Source of the DNA: an uncultured Clostridia bacterium | GTDB lineage: Bacteria; Bacillota; Clostridia; TANB77; CAG-508 | Assembly: GCA_934149155.1 (NCBI GenBank) | Contig: CAKPDZ010000002.1 | Location: forward strand, 1 to 54,054 | Reading direction: 5' to 3' | Length of the DNA stretch: 54,054 nucleotides | Shown: piece by piece, positions 38,179 through 47,878 of the stretch | Numbering within the stretch: position 1 is the first letter of the stretch | Layout: every line of letters starts with the position of its first letter | Made by a program: the position numbers and the translations under genes | Notes under the pieces: generated by a model | What the model was told of the DNA's origin: nothing | What the model saw: only the letters and a program-made list of their open reading frames with translations | The model's database searches: none

Positions 38179-38937
38179 TTAATCTTTTTTTATTTTATTT
38201 TTTTCCACTTCTATATCTCCAAATAGTTCTTCTTGTTCTGTTACAACCTTACTTCTTCTTGACATTTCTAGTAGTCCTGAAAAAGCTGTAACTACTTCTT
38301 TCTTATCATGTTTTTTTAATGAAAATAATTTATTAAATGAAAATTTTTTGAATTTAATTAAAGCTCTATACATCTGTTTTACTGTATCTCCAACTGAATA
38401 AGTTTCTGTTATTGCTATTTTTTCAATATTAGATGCATTCTCATTGATTTTTTCTGTATTTTTTTGTAGTATATTTTTATAAATTTCTGGAATTATTTTA
38501 TTATCATATTCTTTTTCTATTTTTTGCTTTGGTAATTCAATTTCTTCTGCTGATTTATAAAATCTTTTTGAATATTGTAAAAAATTTTCTTTTAACTTTT
38601 TAGTTATTTCTTTATATTGCTTATATTCAATTATTCTTCTTATTAGCTCTTCTTCTGTAATCTCTTCTTCCTCTTCTTGAACTTTTGGCAATAAATGTTT
38701 TGATTTTAAATATAACAATGTTGATGACATTACTAAAAATTCACTTGTTATCTCTAAATTCATTTGCTCCATTTGCCTTATATATTCTATGTATTGATCT
38801 GTGATTTCACTTAAATTGATGTCATATATATCCATTTTATTTTTATCTATTAAGTGACATAATAAATCTAGTGGTCCTTCAAAATTTTCTAGTTTTATAG
38901 CATATTTATTTGTTTCGAGTGTTAATATATTTTGCAT
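38179..38937 (-). CDS. scpA: Segregation and condensation protein A
   Basis: LENFEGPLDLLCHLIDKNKMDIYDINLSEITDQYIEYI. Confidence 0.85.
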   Translation of the reverse strand: MQNILTLETNKYAIKLENFEGPLDLLCHLIDKNKMDIYDINLSEITDQYIEYIRQMEQMNLEITSEFLVMSSTLLYLKSKHLLPKVQEEEEEITEEELIRRIIEYKQYKEITKKLKENFLQYSKRFYKSAEEIELPKQKIEKEYDNKIIPEIYKNILQKNTEKINENASNIEKIAITETYSVGDTVKQMYRALIKFKKFSFNKLFSLKKHDKKEVVTAFSGLLEMSRRSKVVTEQEELFGDIEVEKNKIKKD

Positions 38938-39387
38938 TTAAATTTTGTATCCCTTTCTATATAAATATTGTCTGATTTCTTCTTCAGATGAGTTTGACTT
39001 TTTTTTCTTGATTTTTTCTATACATCTTTCTTCATATTCATTTAGTTCTTCATAATTTTTTTCTATATATTGCTCTATTAATTTTCTATCAAGTCCTTTT
39101 GCCATTAATTTATATTTAATTTCTTTTATTGATAATGTTTTTAAGTTCATATATTCCCTTACTTGTCTTTCTATAAAATCATAGTCATCTAAATACTTTG
39201 CTTCTTTTAAATATTCGATGATTTCTTCTAACATTTCATCTTCTATTTGTCCTTTAAATTTTTTTCTTACTTCTTGTTCTGTTCTTTTTTTATATGTTAT
39301 ATATTTAAATACTTTTGTTTTTTGTTTATCAAATTCTTTTAATTTCTCAAAATCTAAAGAACTTTCTAAATTTTCTATAATTTTCAT
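38938..39387 (-). CDS. recX: RecX-like regulatory protein
   Basis: Repeated ~45-aa helical units (..YKKRTEQEVRKKF..., ..EIKYKLMAKGLD.., ..EIRQYLYRKGY). Confidence 0.55.
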   Translation of the reverse strand: MKIIENLESSLDFEKLKEFDKQKTKVFKYITYKKRTEQEVRKKFKGQIEDEMLEEIIEYLKEAKYLDDYDFIERQVREYMNLKTLSIKEIKYKLMAKGLDRKLIEQYIEKNYEELNEYEERCIEKIKKKKSNSSEEEIRQYLYRKGYKI

Positions 39388-39553
39388 TTTTAGTATTCCT
39401 TTCTTGTGTATTTTATATTATTTTCCAATTTTTTGCAAGATTTTTCAAGTATATTTTGCTCTAAACCAATAATACTATAAATAGGTTTTATTTTGTTGTT
39501 TTTTCAAAACAAGACCATAAAATATTTTTCGAATCAATTTTAAGGAGGTCAAT

Positions 39554-40000
39554 ATGAAAAAGAAATCGCTTTTTATAGTTGGTTTGTTGATTGCTGTTAT
39601 TTTTATGTTTGCTACTACTTTTAGTTTTGCAACAGATGATCATGGTGCTATGAATGGTGTTAATGATGCTGTTAATGGTGTTCGTAATACTATAGGCGGT
39701 GCAGAAAATGCCGTTGAGGGTGCTGTTAAAGATGTTACTGATACTACTAAAAACGCAACAGATAATACTACAAACATGGGAATAAATCGTAATAATACTC
39801 AATCTACTAATTATACCGCTAACAGAACTGCTACTACTGGTACTGCTACTAATGCTAATGTAGGTACATTTTTAGGTATGTCTTCTACTATGTGGACTTG
39901 GCTTATTTTAGCTGTTGCTGTTGTGGCTATTATTGCTTTAGTTTGGTATTATTCTAATCAACTAACTAGAACTAGAAATTATGATGATAATGATCAATAA
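39554..40000 (+). CDS. Secreted/anchored Thr/Asn/Ala-rich protein (signal peptide + C-terminal TM)
   Basis: 148-aa ORF with a GGAGG RBS. Confidence 0.5.
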   Translation: MKKKSLFIVGLLIAVIFMFATTFSFATDDHGAMNGVNDAVNGVRNTIGGAENAVEGAVKDVTDTTKNATDNTTNMGINRNNTQSTNYTANRTATTGTATNANVGTFLGMSSTMWTWLILAVAVVAIIALVWYYSNQLTRTRNYDDNDQ

Positions 40001-40032
40001 TAAGTCATAACTTGTAAAATTTATATCTTTAG

Positions 40033-40176
40033 AAATTAATAATATGTTGTTTTTTATACCTTGCTGTCGCAATCTTCACATATCAAAATAAATAATATGT
40101 AGATTGCTCCATTTCGCACTCGCACATGCTCGTTTAATCGCTTACGCGGTATTTCAAAACAACATATTATTAATTT
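40033..40176. repeat. MITE-like inverted-repeat element, full copy B (144 nt, opposite orientation to A and C)
   Basis: Perfect 21-bp termini aaattaataatatgttgtttt ... aaaacaacatattattaattt. The interior matches copy C. Confidence 0.75.
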
Positions 40177-40310
40177 TCAATAGCTTATATTTAAAGTATT
40201 TCGTATAAAACTTCAACAAAAACCATAAATATTTATTTTTAATTTAGCTTTTATTACGCAGTTTTGTGTGTTATAATAATTACTATAGTTAATAGTAACG
40301 GAGGTTATGT

Positions 40311-40781
40311 ATGAATTCAAATATAAAATTGATTGCTAAAAATCCAGTAGCATATCATAATTTTAATATAGAAGATAAATATGAAGCTGGAATTGTTTTG
40401 GCTGGTACTGAAATAAAGTCTATTCGTAATGGTAGAGTTAATTTAAAAGATAGTTATGCTGGCTTTAAAGATGGCGAATGTTACATATATTCTATGCATA
40501 TTAGTCCTTATGAACATGGAAATATTTTTAATAAAGATCCTTTGCGTGATAGAAAATTACTTTTGAATAAAAGAGAACTTAATAAGCTTTTTATAAAAGT
40601 TAAACAAGATGGATATAGTTTAGTTCCAATTAGCTTATATTTTAAAGGTAGTTTTGTTAAACTAGAATTAGGTGTAGGAAAAGGTAAAAAATTATATGAT
40701 AAACGTCAAGATATTGCTAAAAAAGATGCTGAACGTAGAATGCAAAAAGCTTTAAGAGCTAATGAAAAAAGTAATTTTTAA
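40311..40781 (+). CDS. smpB: SsrA-binding protein
   Basis: [42 protein letters not shown]... Confidence 0.95.
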   Translation: MNSNIKLIAKNPVAYHNFNIEDKYEAGIVLAGTEIKSIRNGRVNLKDSYAGFKDGECYIYSMHISPYEHGNIFNKDPLRDRKLLLNKRELNKLFIKVKQDGYSLVPISLYFKGSFVKLELGVGKGKKLYDKRQDIAKKDAERRMQKALRANEKSNF

Positions 40782-40827
40782 GAGTTGACACTATATGCTT
40801 TTAACATATAGTGTCAGCTCTTTTATT
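40782..40827. terminator. Bidirectional terminator between smpB and fba
   Basis: 16-bp stem gagttgacactatatg / catatagtgtcagctc (one mismatch), followed by T-runs. Confidence 0.75.
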
Positions 40828-40829
40828 GA

Positions 40830-41762
40830 TTATGCTTTATTTGCAGAACCAAATACATCTTTCATTTTATGTGCTACTGTTTGTTTTACTAATTCTCTTG
40901 CTGGTGTTAAATATTTTCTTGGATCAAAAGCACTTGGATTTTCAACAAATACTTTTCTTATTCCTGCTGTCATTGCTAATCTTAAATCTGTATCTACATT
41001 TATTTTTGAAACTCCAGATACACTTGCTTCATGTAATATTTCATCTGGTACTCCTTTTGCTCCTGGAATATTTCCTCCATATTCGTTACACATATTTACT
41101 AACTCTGGTATTACTGTTGATGCACCATGTAATACTATTGGAGTATTTGGTATTCTTTCTTTTATTTGTTTTAATATATCAAATCTTAATTTTGCTTCTC
41201 CTTTAAACTTGTATGCACCATGACTTGTTCCAATAGCTATTGCTAATGAATCAACTCCTGTTCTTCTAACAAATTCTTCAGCTTGTTCTGGATCTGTATA
41301 CATTGCATCTGAAGCAGATACATTAACATCATCTTCTATTCCTGCTAATTTTCCTAATTCTGCTTCAACTACTACACCATGTGCATGTGCATAGTCTACT
41401 ACTTCTTTTGTTAATCTAATATTTTCTTCAAAGTCATATTTTGAACCATCAAACATTACTGATGTAAATCCATTGTCTACACACATTTTACATGTTTCAA
41501 AATCTGGTCCATGATCTAGATGTATTGCTATTGGTATTTCTGGATGCTCTTCTACTGCTGCTTCTACCATTTTCATCAAGTAATTTATTTTTGCATATTT
41601 TATTGCACTTGATGATGCTTGTAATATTACTGGTGATTTTTGCTCTGCTGCCGCATCAACTATCCCTTGTATTATTTCCATATTATTTACATTGAATGCT
41701 CCTATTGCATATCCCTCTTTCATTGATTTTTCAAACATTTCCTTAGTTGTTACTAATGACAT
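40830..41762 (-). CDS. fba: Class II fructose-1,6-bisphosphate aldolase
   Basis: MSLVTTKEMFEKSMKEGYAIGAFNVNNME...HLDHG...GTSHGAYKF... Start trimmed from the ORF track. Confidence 0.95.
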   Translation of the reverse strand: MSLVTTKEMFEKSMKEGYAIGAFNVNNMEIIQGIVDAAAEQKSPVILQASSSAIKYAKINYLMKMVEAAVEEHPEIPIAIHLDHGPDFETCKMCVDNGFTSVMFDGSKYDFEENIRLTKEVVDYAHAHGVVVEAELGKLAGIEDDVNVSASDAMYTDPEQAEEFVRRTGVDSLAIAIGTSHGAYKFKGEAKLRFDILKQIKERIPNTPIVLHGASTVIPELVNMCNEYGGNIPGAKGVPDEILHEASVSGVSKINVDTDLRLAMTAGIRKVFVENPSAFDPRKYLTPARELVKQTVAHKMKDVFGSANKA

Positions 41763-41832
41763 ATTTATCACTCTTCCTTTCTTTGCCTTAATTTTATTTC
41801 TATTTATTTTTTTTGTCAATATAAAAGCTTAA

Positions 41833-41858
41833 AAAAGTGGCAATTTTCAGCCACTTTT
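41833..41858 (-). terminator. Terminator after the DUF1540 gene
   Basis: AAAAGTGGC-8-GCCACTTTT. Confidence 0.6.
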
Positions 41859-41861
41859 AGA

Positions 41862-42026
41862 TTATTCACTATATTTATAACTTCCACACATAGATTCATC
41901 AGGTTCACATGTATCACAGTCATCTGTTGGTACTACTTGAATTGATTGTAATGTACATCTTTTTGTATTTCCATCTTGATATATACAGCTTTCTACTGTA
42001 CAATTTATTTTTTGATTTTCTTCCAC
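41862..42026 (-). CDS. DUF1540-family Cys-rich protein (54 aa, GTG start)
   Basis: My own translation: (M)EENQKINCTVESCIYQDGNTKRCTLQSIQVVPTDDCDTCEPDESMCGSYKYSE. Confidence 0.55.
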   Translation of the reverse strand: MEENQKINCTVESCIYQDGNTKRCTLQSIQVVPTDDCDTCEPDESMCGSYKYSE

Positions 42027-42162
42027 AATATATCATCCTTTCAAAATATATTTATGACAAAGTCATCTAGCTTATTATTTCCATAATTATATTTTTTATG
42101 CTATTGTATAATTTTCACTTTTTTTCGTATACTAATAAGTATAATATTGAAAGGATAATGTT

Positions 42163-42447
42163 ATGTCTGCAAAAGTTATTTTATTTAGTTCTAAAACTGG
42201 TGAAATTAATAATTTTTTAAATAAATTTTATGCTTCCACACAGAATATTGCTACAGATACTCTGTCTTGGGAAGAACATTTTCCAAATCCTGTAGATGTT
42301 TCAGAAATAGTTGCTGCTTTTTCTGATAACCATACTAACTTTAATCTTGATATGTGGATTTCATTTGATAAAGATGTCTTTATTAAAATTTCTCCTCTAA
42401 ATGCAAATTTGGTAATAAAATATATTTTTGAAAGATATCCTTATTGA
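42163..42447 (+). CDS. Hypothetical protein
   Basis: 94-aa ORF with a GAAAGGA RBS. Confidence 0.45.
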   Translation: MSAKVILFSSKTGEINNFLNKFYASTQNIATDTLSWEEHFPNPVDVSEIVAAFSDNHTNFNLDMWISFDKDVFIKISPLNANLVIKYIFERYPY

Positions 42448-42448
42448 T

Positions 42449-44077
42449 TTATGCTATTTTATTTCTTAATTCATTAGCATATTGAAGTGTTACATCATTG
42501 ATTTCTCCTGATGATATACGTGCTATTTCGCATAAAACTTCTTGCTCATTTAGTAATCTTACATTTGTACATGTTCTGTCATTTTCTACTTTTTTACTTA
42601 TAAAATAATTATAATCTGCCATTGCTGCAATTGGGGCTAAATGTGAAATACATAAAACTTGATGATTTTGGGAAATACTTCTCATTTTATTTGCTACTGA
42701 TTTTGCTGCTTTTCCGCTTATTCCAGTATCAATTTCATCAAATATCATAACTGGCATATTATCAACTTCTGCTAATACTTTTTTTATTGCTAACATTATT
42801 CTTGACATTTCTCCACCTGATGCAATTTTAGTTAGTTCACTTTCATTTTCTCCAACATTAGTTTTTATAAATATTCCTACTTGATCTTTTCCATCTTCAA
42901 AAAACTCATCTGTTTTATATTCTACTTTTACATTGATTTTTGCATTCTTCATTTCTAAGTCTACTAATTCTTTGTTTATTCTATTATTCAATTCTTCTGC
43001 ATTTTCTTTTCTTATTAAACTAATTTTTTCTGCTATCTTTGTCATTTCTTTTTCTATTTGTTTTTGTTCTTGTTTTAGTTTATTATTATATTCATCTACA
43101 TTTTCAATTTTCTTTATTTCTTCATCAATTTCTTCTGCATATTTTAATATTTCTTCTATATTGTTTCCATATTTTCTTTTTAAATTATCTATTACATCTA
43201 ATCTAGTTTCTACTTCTTCTCTTTCTTGTTCATCAAATTCTATATCTTCTAAATATCCATTTACATCTGAAGAGATTTCTTGTATTTCATAATATATATT
43301 TTTTAAACTTGATACTGTTTCTTCATATTTTTTATCAATAGTTTCAATTTTTTCTAATGCTCTAATTGCATTTCCTATTAAGTCTATTGTATTTTCTCCT
43401 ATTGCCATTTCTGCTTCTGATAAATTTTTAGCAATTTTTTCAGAATTTTTGATTAACTTACTTTTCTCTTCTAACTCAATCTCTTCTTCACTTTTCAATC
43501 TTGCTTCTTGTATTTCTTCTAATTGATATCTTAGTAAATCTAGTTTTCTCTGTTTTTCTTTTTCATCTCCATAATTATTTTTTAGTTCTTTTTTTATGTC
43601 ATTATATCTTTGATATTTTTCTTTATATTCACTTTTTAGTTTAAATACTTCTTCCCCTGAAAAATTGTCTAAATATTTTATATGTGTTTTGCTATCAAAT
43701 AATTTTTGATTATCATTTTGTCCATGTATTTCTATATAATTGCTCATAAAGTTTTTTAATTCAGCTACAGTTACTAATCTTCCATTTATTTTACACATAT
43801 TTCTTCCATTATTATAAATTTCTCTTGTTACTATAATATTACCGTCTACTGAATTTACATCATTTGGTGCATACATACATAATTCTACAAATGAATGATT
43901 TCCACCTTTTCTTATCATTTCTTTTGAAAATCTTCCACCACTTATTATGCTTATTGAATCTATTATTAATGTTTTTCCTGCTCCAGTTTCTCCTGTTAAC
44001 ACATTCATCCCTTTATTTAAGTCTATTTCTAAATCATCTATTATTCCTATGTTTTTTATGTGTAAATTTGTTATCAT
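42449..44077 (-). CDS. recN: DNA repair protein RecN
   Basis: MITNLHIKNIGIIDDLEIDL..GMNVLTGETGAGKT, a long coiled coil, then SGGEMSRIMLAIK and MIFDEIDTGISG. Confidence 0.92.
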   Translation of the reverse strand: MITNLHIKNIGIIDDLEIDLNKGMNVLTGETGAGKTLIIDSISIISGGRFSKEMIRKGGNHSFVELCMYAPNDVNSVDGNIIVTREIYNNGRNMCKINGRLVTVAELKNFMSNYIEIHGQNDNQKLFDSKTHIKYLDNFSGEEVFKLKSEYKEKYQRYNDIKKELKNNYGDEKEKQRKLDLLRYQLEEIQEARLKSEEEIELEEKSKLIKNSEKIAKNLSEAEMAIGENTIDLIGNAIRALEKIETIDKKYEETVSSLKNIYYEIQEISSDVNGYLEDIEFDEQEREEVETRLDVIDNLKRKYGNNIEEILKYAEEIDEEIKKIENVDEYNNKLKQEQKQIEKEMTKIAEKISLIRKENAEELNNRINKELVDLEMKNAKINVKVEYKTDEFFEDGKDQVGIFIKTNVGENESELTKIASGGEMSRIMLAIKKVLAEVDNMPVMIFDEIDTGISGKAAKSVANKMRSISQNHQVLCISHLAPIAAMADYNYFISKKVENDRTCTNVRLLNEQEVLCEIARISSGEINDVTLQYANELRNKIA

Positions 44078-44109
44078 AATAACCTTCTCCATTTCTTTAC
44101 AAGTTTTTT

Positions 44110-44123
44110 CAAAACTTTGTTCG
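44110..44123. promoter_or_regulatory. LexA-like box CGAACAAAGTTTTG (minus-strand reading) downstream of the recN -10
   Basis: One perfect half-site and one degenerate half. Same placement as in the DUF45 promoter. Confidence 0.4.
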
Positions 44124-44167
44124 TTTATTATTATAATAATCATTTTTGATTTTGTCAACAGTTTTTT

Positions 44168-44181
44168 CGAAATTTTTTTCG
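44168..44181. promoter_or_regulatory. Palindrome CGAAATTTTTTTCG upstream of the recN -35
   Basis: One mismatch per half-site to CGAAC-N4-GTTCG. Confidence 0.35.
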
Positions 44182-44230
44182 GTTTTTAAAAAAATATTGC
44201 AGTTCATATTTTATCCTAAAATCTATTTAG

Positions 44231-44356
44231 AAATTAATAATATATTGTTTTTGAAATACCGCGTAAGCGATTAAATGAGCAAAGCGAATGCGATATGGAG
44301 CAATCTACATTCAAATATTTTAATATGCAGATTGCGACACCAAGGTATAAAAAAAC
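44231..44356. repeat. MITE-like inverted-repeat element, copy C (right terminus missing or merged with the rpmA terminator)
   Basis: aaattaataatatattgtttttgaaataccgcgtaagcgattaaatgagc...gattgcgacaccaaggtataaaaaaac. Confidence 0.7.
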
Positions 44357-44381
44357 AGTATAACCATAATAGCTATACTGT
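44348..44381 (-). terminator. rpmA terminator
   Basis: ACAGTATA-11-TATACTGT followed by a T7 run on the minus strand. Confidence 0.65.
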
Positions 44382-44388
44382 TTGGCAA

Positions 44389-44655
44389 TTAAGCATTTTC
44401 TTCTACTGGATAAACACTTACTTGTTTTTTATCTCTACCTTTTCTTTCAAATTTAACTACACCATCTACTAATGCAAATAATGTATCATCACTACCTTTA
44501 CCAACATTAGTTCCTGGATGTACTTTAGTTCCTCTTTGTCTAATTAGGATATTTCCAGCTAGAACAAATTGACCGTCAGCTCTTTTGACACCAAGTCTTT
44601 TAGATTCACTGTCTCTACCGTTCTTAATACTACCTTGACCTTTTTTATGTGCCAT
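44389..44655 (-). CDS. rpmA: 50S ribosomal protein L27
   Basis: [28 protein letters not shown]... Start trimmed to ATG after AAAGGAG. Confidence 0.95.
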   Translation of the reverse strand: MAHKKGQGSIKNGRDSESKRLGVKRADGQFVLAGNILIRQRGTKVHPGTNVGKGSDDTLFALVDGVVKFERKGRDKKQVSVYPVEENA

Positions 44656-44713
44656 TCTTCTCACTCCTTTCGGCTTTACATTTATTTATTTTTCTCAATT
44701 AAAATCTTTTTAA

Positions 44714-45082
44714 TTATTTTGTTTCAGCTTTTTCTGCTTTTTCAGTTTTTGTAGCTGTTGCTTTTTTAGCTGCTGTTTTTATTCCTGTGATTTCAACTTT
44801 TGTGTATGGTTGTCTGTGTCCTTGTTTCTTTCTTTCATTTTTCTTAGCTTTCATTTTGAATACAATGATTTTTTTAGCTTTTCCATGAGAAACAACTTTT
44901 CCTTCAACCTTTACACCTTTAACATAAGGATTTCCTACTTGTACTTTTCCCTCTTCTGATACTAAGATTACTTTATCAAATGCAACTTTTTTTCCTTCTT
45001 CTGCATCTAATTTTTCGAAAAATACTACATCTCCTTCTGCTACTTTGTATTGTTTTCCACAACTTTCAATTACTGCGTACAT
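44714..45082 (-). CDS. rplU: 50S ribosomal protein L21
   Basis: [25 protein letters not shown]... Confidence 0.95.
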   Translation of the reverse strand: MYAVIESCGKQYKVAEGDVVFFEKLDAEEGKKVAFDKVILVSEEGKVQVGNPYVKGVKVEGKVVSHGKAKKIIVFKMKAKKNERKKQGHRQPYTKVEITGIKTAAKKATATKTEKAEKAETK

Positions 45083-45235
45083 TTAAAATGCACCTCCCTT
45101 ATTCGTATACTCGCTAATCCTTAAAAAAGGCAGTTATCTATAGGCTCTGAGCCTTCTTCTAACATTTGATAGCCTTGACTAAGCGGATTACAGTTATTAA
45201 TTTTAACATATTTACCAATACTTGTCAAGGTTTTT
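45083..45235 (-). promoter_or_regulatory. rplU promoter and structured leader (possible L21 leader)
   Basis: TTGACA-17-TAAAAT promoter, a ~110-nt untranslated leader, and a GGCTCAGAGCC hairpin. Confidence 0.35.
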
Positions 45236-45240
45236 GTCAA

Positions 45241-45261
45241 AAAAACAAGGCTCTCGCCTTG
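45241..45261 (-). terminator. Terminator after the DUF975 gene
   Basis: CAAGGC-TCTC-GCCTTG followed by T5 on the minus strand. Confidence 0.55.
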
Positions 45262-45264
45262 CTT

Positions 45265-45837
45265 TTATTGTTCTTTTATTGAATTATAAAAATTAGCTGT
45301 AGTAGCACTAACATATGGAATTACATATATATATGCTATTCCAAAAGTTATTGCTGATAACATATACCACCAGAAGAAAGATAATTGCAATACAAATAAA
45401 TCAAATTTATGTCCATCCATTATCTCTTTGCTTTTTGACAATGCTTCATTTGCAGTAAGTTCTGAATTATCTGCTAATATATATGGAGCCATAGAATATG
45501 AGTATGATTTTATAATTCCAGGTATTACAAATAATAATGACCATAAAAATGTAAAAAATTGTGTTATTATCATTAACCATATAGCTTTTCCTGTAATATT
45601 AAATCCACTAAAAGTATCTCCTACTGAAATTTCTTCATTTTTAGTAAGTTTTAAATATATCATACATAAAGAAATCTCAAATGCTGGTGTAATAATTAAT
45701 GCTCCTATTGGACCTATTACAGGTATAAATGCACAAGCTGCTCCAATTGCACATATTATTAATGTAATAACAAACAAAACACCTATTTTTCCTTTTATTT
45801 GTTCTTTTGCTGCAGATTTTAGTTCAATTCTTGTCAT
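45265..45837 (-). CDS. DUF975-family integral membrane protein
   Basis: 190 aa with 4-5 TM segments and typical N-terminal MTRIELKSAAKEQIKGKIG. Confidence 0.65.
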   Translation of the reverse strand: MTRIELKSAAKEQIKGKIGVLFVITLIICAIGAACAFIPVIGPIGALIITPAFEISLCMIYLKLTKNEEISVGDTFSGFNITGKAIWLMIITQFFTFLWSLLFVIPGIIKSYSYSMAPYILADNSELTANEALSKSKEIMDGHKFDLFVLQLSFFWWYMLSAITFGIAYIYVIPYVSATTANFYNSIKEQ

Positions 45838-45910
45838 ATTTAATTCCTCCCCTTTTATTTTATACTTAAATTTTATTTCTTTTTTTCTTTTCTGTCAATC
45901 CTTTTTTCAA

Positions 45911-47866
45911 TTATATCAATTTTTCTAATTCTTTAATTTTATCTCTAATTTCAGCAGCTTTTTCAAATTCCATTCTACTAGCATATTCAAGCATTTCGTC
46001 TGTTAATTTACTTATAGTCTCTTTTATATCTTCTTCTTTTTCTAATTTGTATTCTACTCCAATATTTTCAGTTTGAATTGCTCTAATTGAATCTCTAACT
46101 GATTTTTTTATTGTTTTGGGTACAATATTATGTTCTTTATTATATGCCTCTTGAATTCCTCGTCTTCTGTTTGTTTCCTTTATAGCTTTTTCCATTGAAT
46201 CTGTAAGTTCATCTGCATACATTATTACTGTTCCATCTGTATTCCTTGCAGCACGCCCTATTGTTTGTATTAATGAACGTTCTGAACGTAAAAATCCTTC
46301 TTTATCTGCATCAAGTATTGCCACTAACGAAACCTCTGGAATATCCAATCCTTCTCTTAATAGGTTGATTCCTACTAAAACATCAAATTCTCCTAAACGC
46401 AATTTTCGAATAATTTCCATTCTTTCTAATGCTTTAGTCTCTGAATGTATATAGTTTACTTTGATGTCTAAGCTTTTTAAATATTCTGTTAAGTCTTCTG
46501 CCATTTTTTTAGTTAATGTAGTTACTAGAACTCTTTCTTTTCTTTCAACTCTAATTCTAATTTGTTCTAATAAATCATCTATTTGATTTGCAACTGGTTT
46601 TACTTCTATTTTAGGATCAAGTAATCCTGTTGGTCTTATGATTTGTTCAACAACATTATCTTTAGCATGTTCTTTTTCATAATCTGCTGGTGTTGCACTT
46701 ACAAATACCACTTGATTTATTCTTTCTTCAAATTCATTAAACATAAGTGGCCTATTGTCAAATGCTGATGGAAGTCTAAATCCATATTTTACAAGTGATT
46801 CTTTACGCGCTCTGTCCCCATTGTACATTGCTCTTACTTGAGGAATTGTTGCATGTGATTCATCTATTAATAGTAAAAAGTCTTTTGGAAAATAATCAAA
46901 TAATGTAAATGGTGGACTGCCAGCTTCTCTACCACTAATATGTCTTGAGTAATTTTCTATTCCTTGGCAAAATCCAGTTTCTTTCATCATTTCTATATCA
47001 AAATTTGTTCTCTCTTGAATACGTTGTGCTTCTATTAATTTGTCTTTGCTTTTAAAATATGCAACTCTTTCATCTAACTCTTGTTCTATTGTTTTTATAG
47101 CTCTCTCCATCTTCTCTTTAGATGTTACATAGTGTGAATTTGGGAATACCATTACATGTTCTCTTAATCCTATTGCTTTTCCTGTTAATGGATTTATTTC
47201 GCTTATTTTTTCTATTTCATCTCCCCAGAATTCCACTCTTATTGCAGATTCACCTTTATCTGATGGATATATTTCTACGATATCTCCTTTTGCTCTAAAT
47301 GTTCCTCTTTTAAAGTCTATCTCATTTCTAGAATATTGCATATTTACTAGTTTTTTGAGCATTTTATCTCTTTCTACATGCATTCCTGGGCGTAATGATA
47401 CTATCATGTTTTCATAGTCTATTGGGTCTCCTAATCCATATATACATGATACTGATGCTACTATTATTACATCTCTTGTTTCAAATAATGATGCTGTTGC
47501 AGAATGTCTTAGTTTGTCTATCTCATCATTTATTGATGCATCTTTTTCTATATATGTGTCTGATTGAGCTATATAACTTTCTGGTTGATAATAGTCATAG
47601 TATGACACAAAGTATTCAACATGGTTTTCTGGGAAAAACTCTTTGAATTCGGAATATAGTTGTCCTGCTAGTGTCTTATTATGTGCTAATACCAATGTTG
47701 GTTTCTGTGTTTTTTCTATTATATTTGCCATTGTGAATGTTTTTCCAGAACCTGTAACACCTAGAAGCGTCTGGTATTTTTCGCCTCTTTCTATTCCTTT
47801 TACTAGACAATCTATTGCCTTAGGTTGATCTCCTGTTGGCTTGTATTCTGAGTGTAATTTAAACAT
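45911..47866 (-). CDS. uvrB: Excinuclease ABC subunit B
   Basis: [16 protein letters not shown], the DESH box, and a C-terminal UVR domain [12 protein letters not shown]. Confidence 0.97.
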   Translation of the reverse strand: MFKLHSEYKPTGDQPKAIDCLVKGIERGEKYQTLLGVTGSGKTFTMANIIEKTQKPTLVLAHNKTLAGQLYSEFKEFFPENHVEYFVSYYDYYQPESYIAQSDTYIEKDASINDEIDKLRHSATASLFETRDVIIVASVSCIYGLGDPIDYENMIVSLRPGMHVERDKMLKKLVNMQYSRNEIDFKRGTFRAKGDIVEIYPSDKGESAIRVEFWGDEIEKISEINPLTGKAIGLREHVMVFPNSHYVTSKEKMERAIKTIEQELDERVAYFKSKDKLIEAQRIQERTNFDIEMMKETGFCQGIENYSRHISGREAGSPPFTLFDYFPKDFLLLIDESHATIPQVRAMYNGDRARKESLVKYGFRLPSAFDNRPLMFNEFEERINQVVFVSATPADYEKEHAKDNVVEQIIRPTGLLDPKIEVKPVANQIDDLLEQIRIRVERKERVLVTTLTKKMAEDLTEYLKSLDIKVNYIHSETKALERMEIIRKLRLGEFDVLVGINLLREGLDIPEVSLVAILDADKEGFLRSERSLIQTIGRAARNTDGTVIMYADELTDSMEKAIKETNRRRGIQEAYNKEHNIVPKTIKKSVRDSIRAIQTENIGVEYKLEKEEDIKETISKLTDEMLEYASRMEFEKAAEIRDKIKELEKLI

Positions 47867-47878
47867 ATTTCCTCCCTT

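Noticed and set aside
39488-39802. Minus-strand ORF of 104 aa overlapping the 39554..40000 gene.
   Set aside because: It is antisense to an ORF with a GGAGG RBS, a signal peptide and a C-terminal anchor. It has no RBS and a Cys/Ile/Ser-rich composition.
40782-40830. tmRNA (ssrA) expected downstream of smpB.
   Set aside because: Only a 45-nt terminator hairpin separates smpB from the convergent fba. No tRNA-like acceptor/T-arm or tag ORF was seen.
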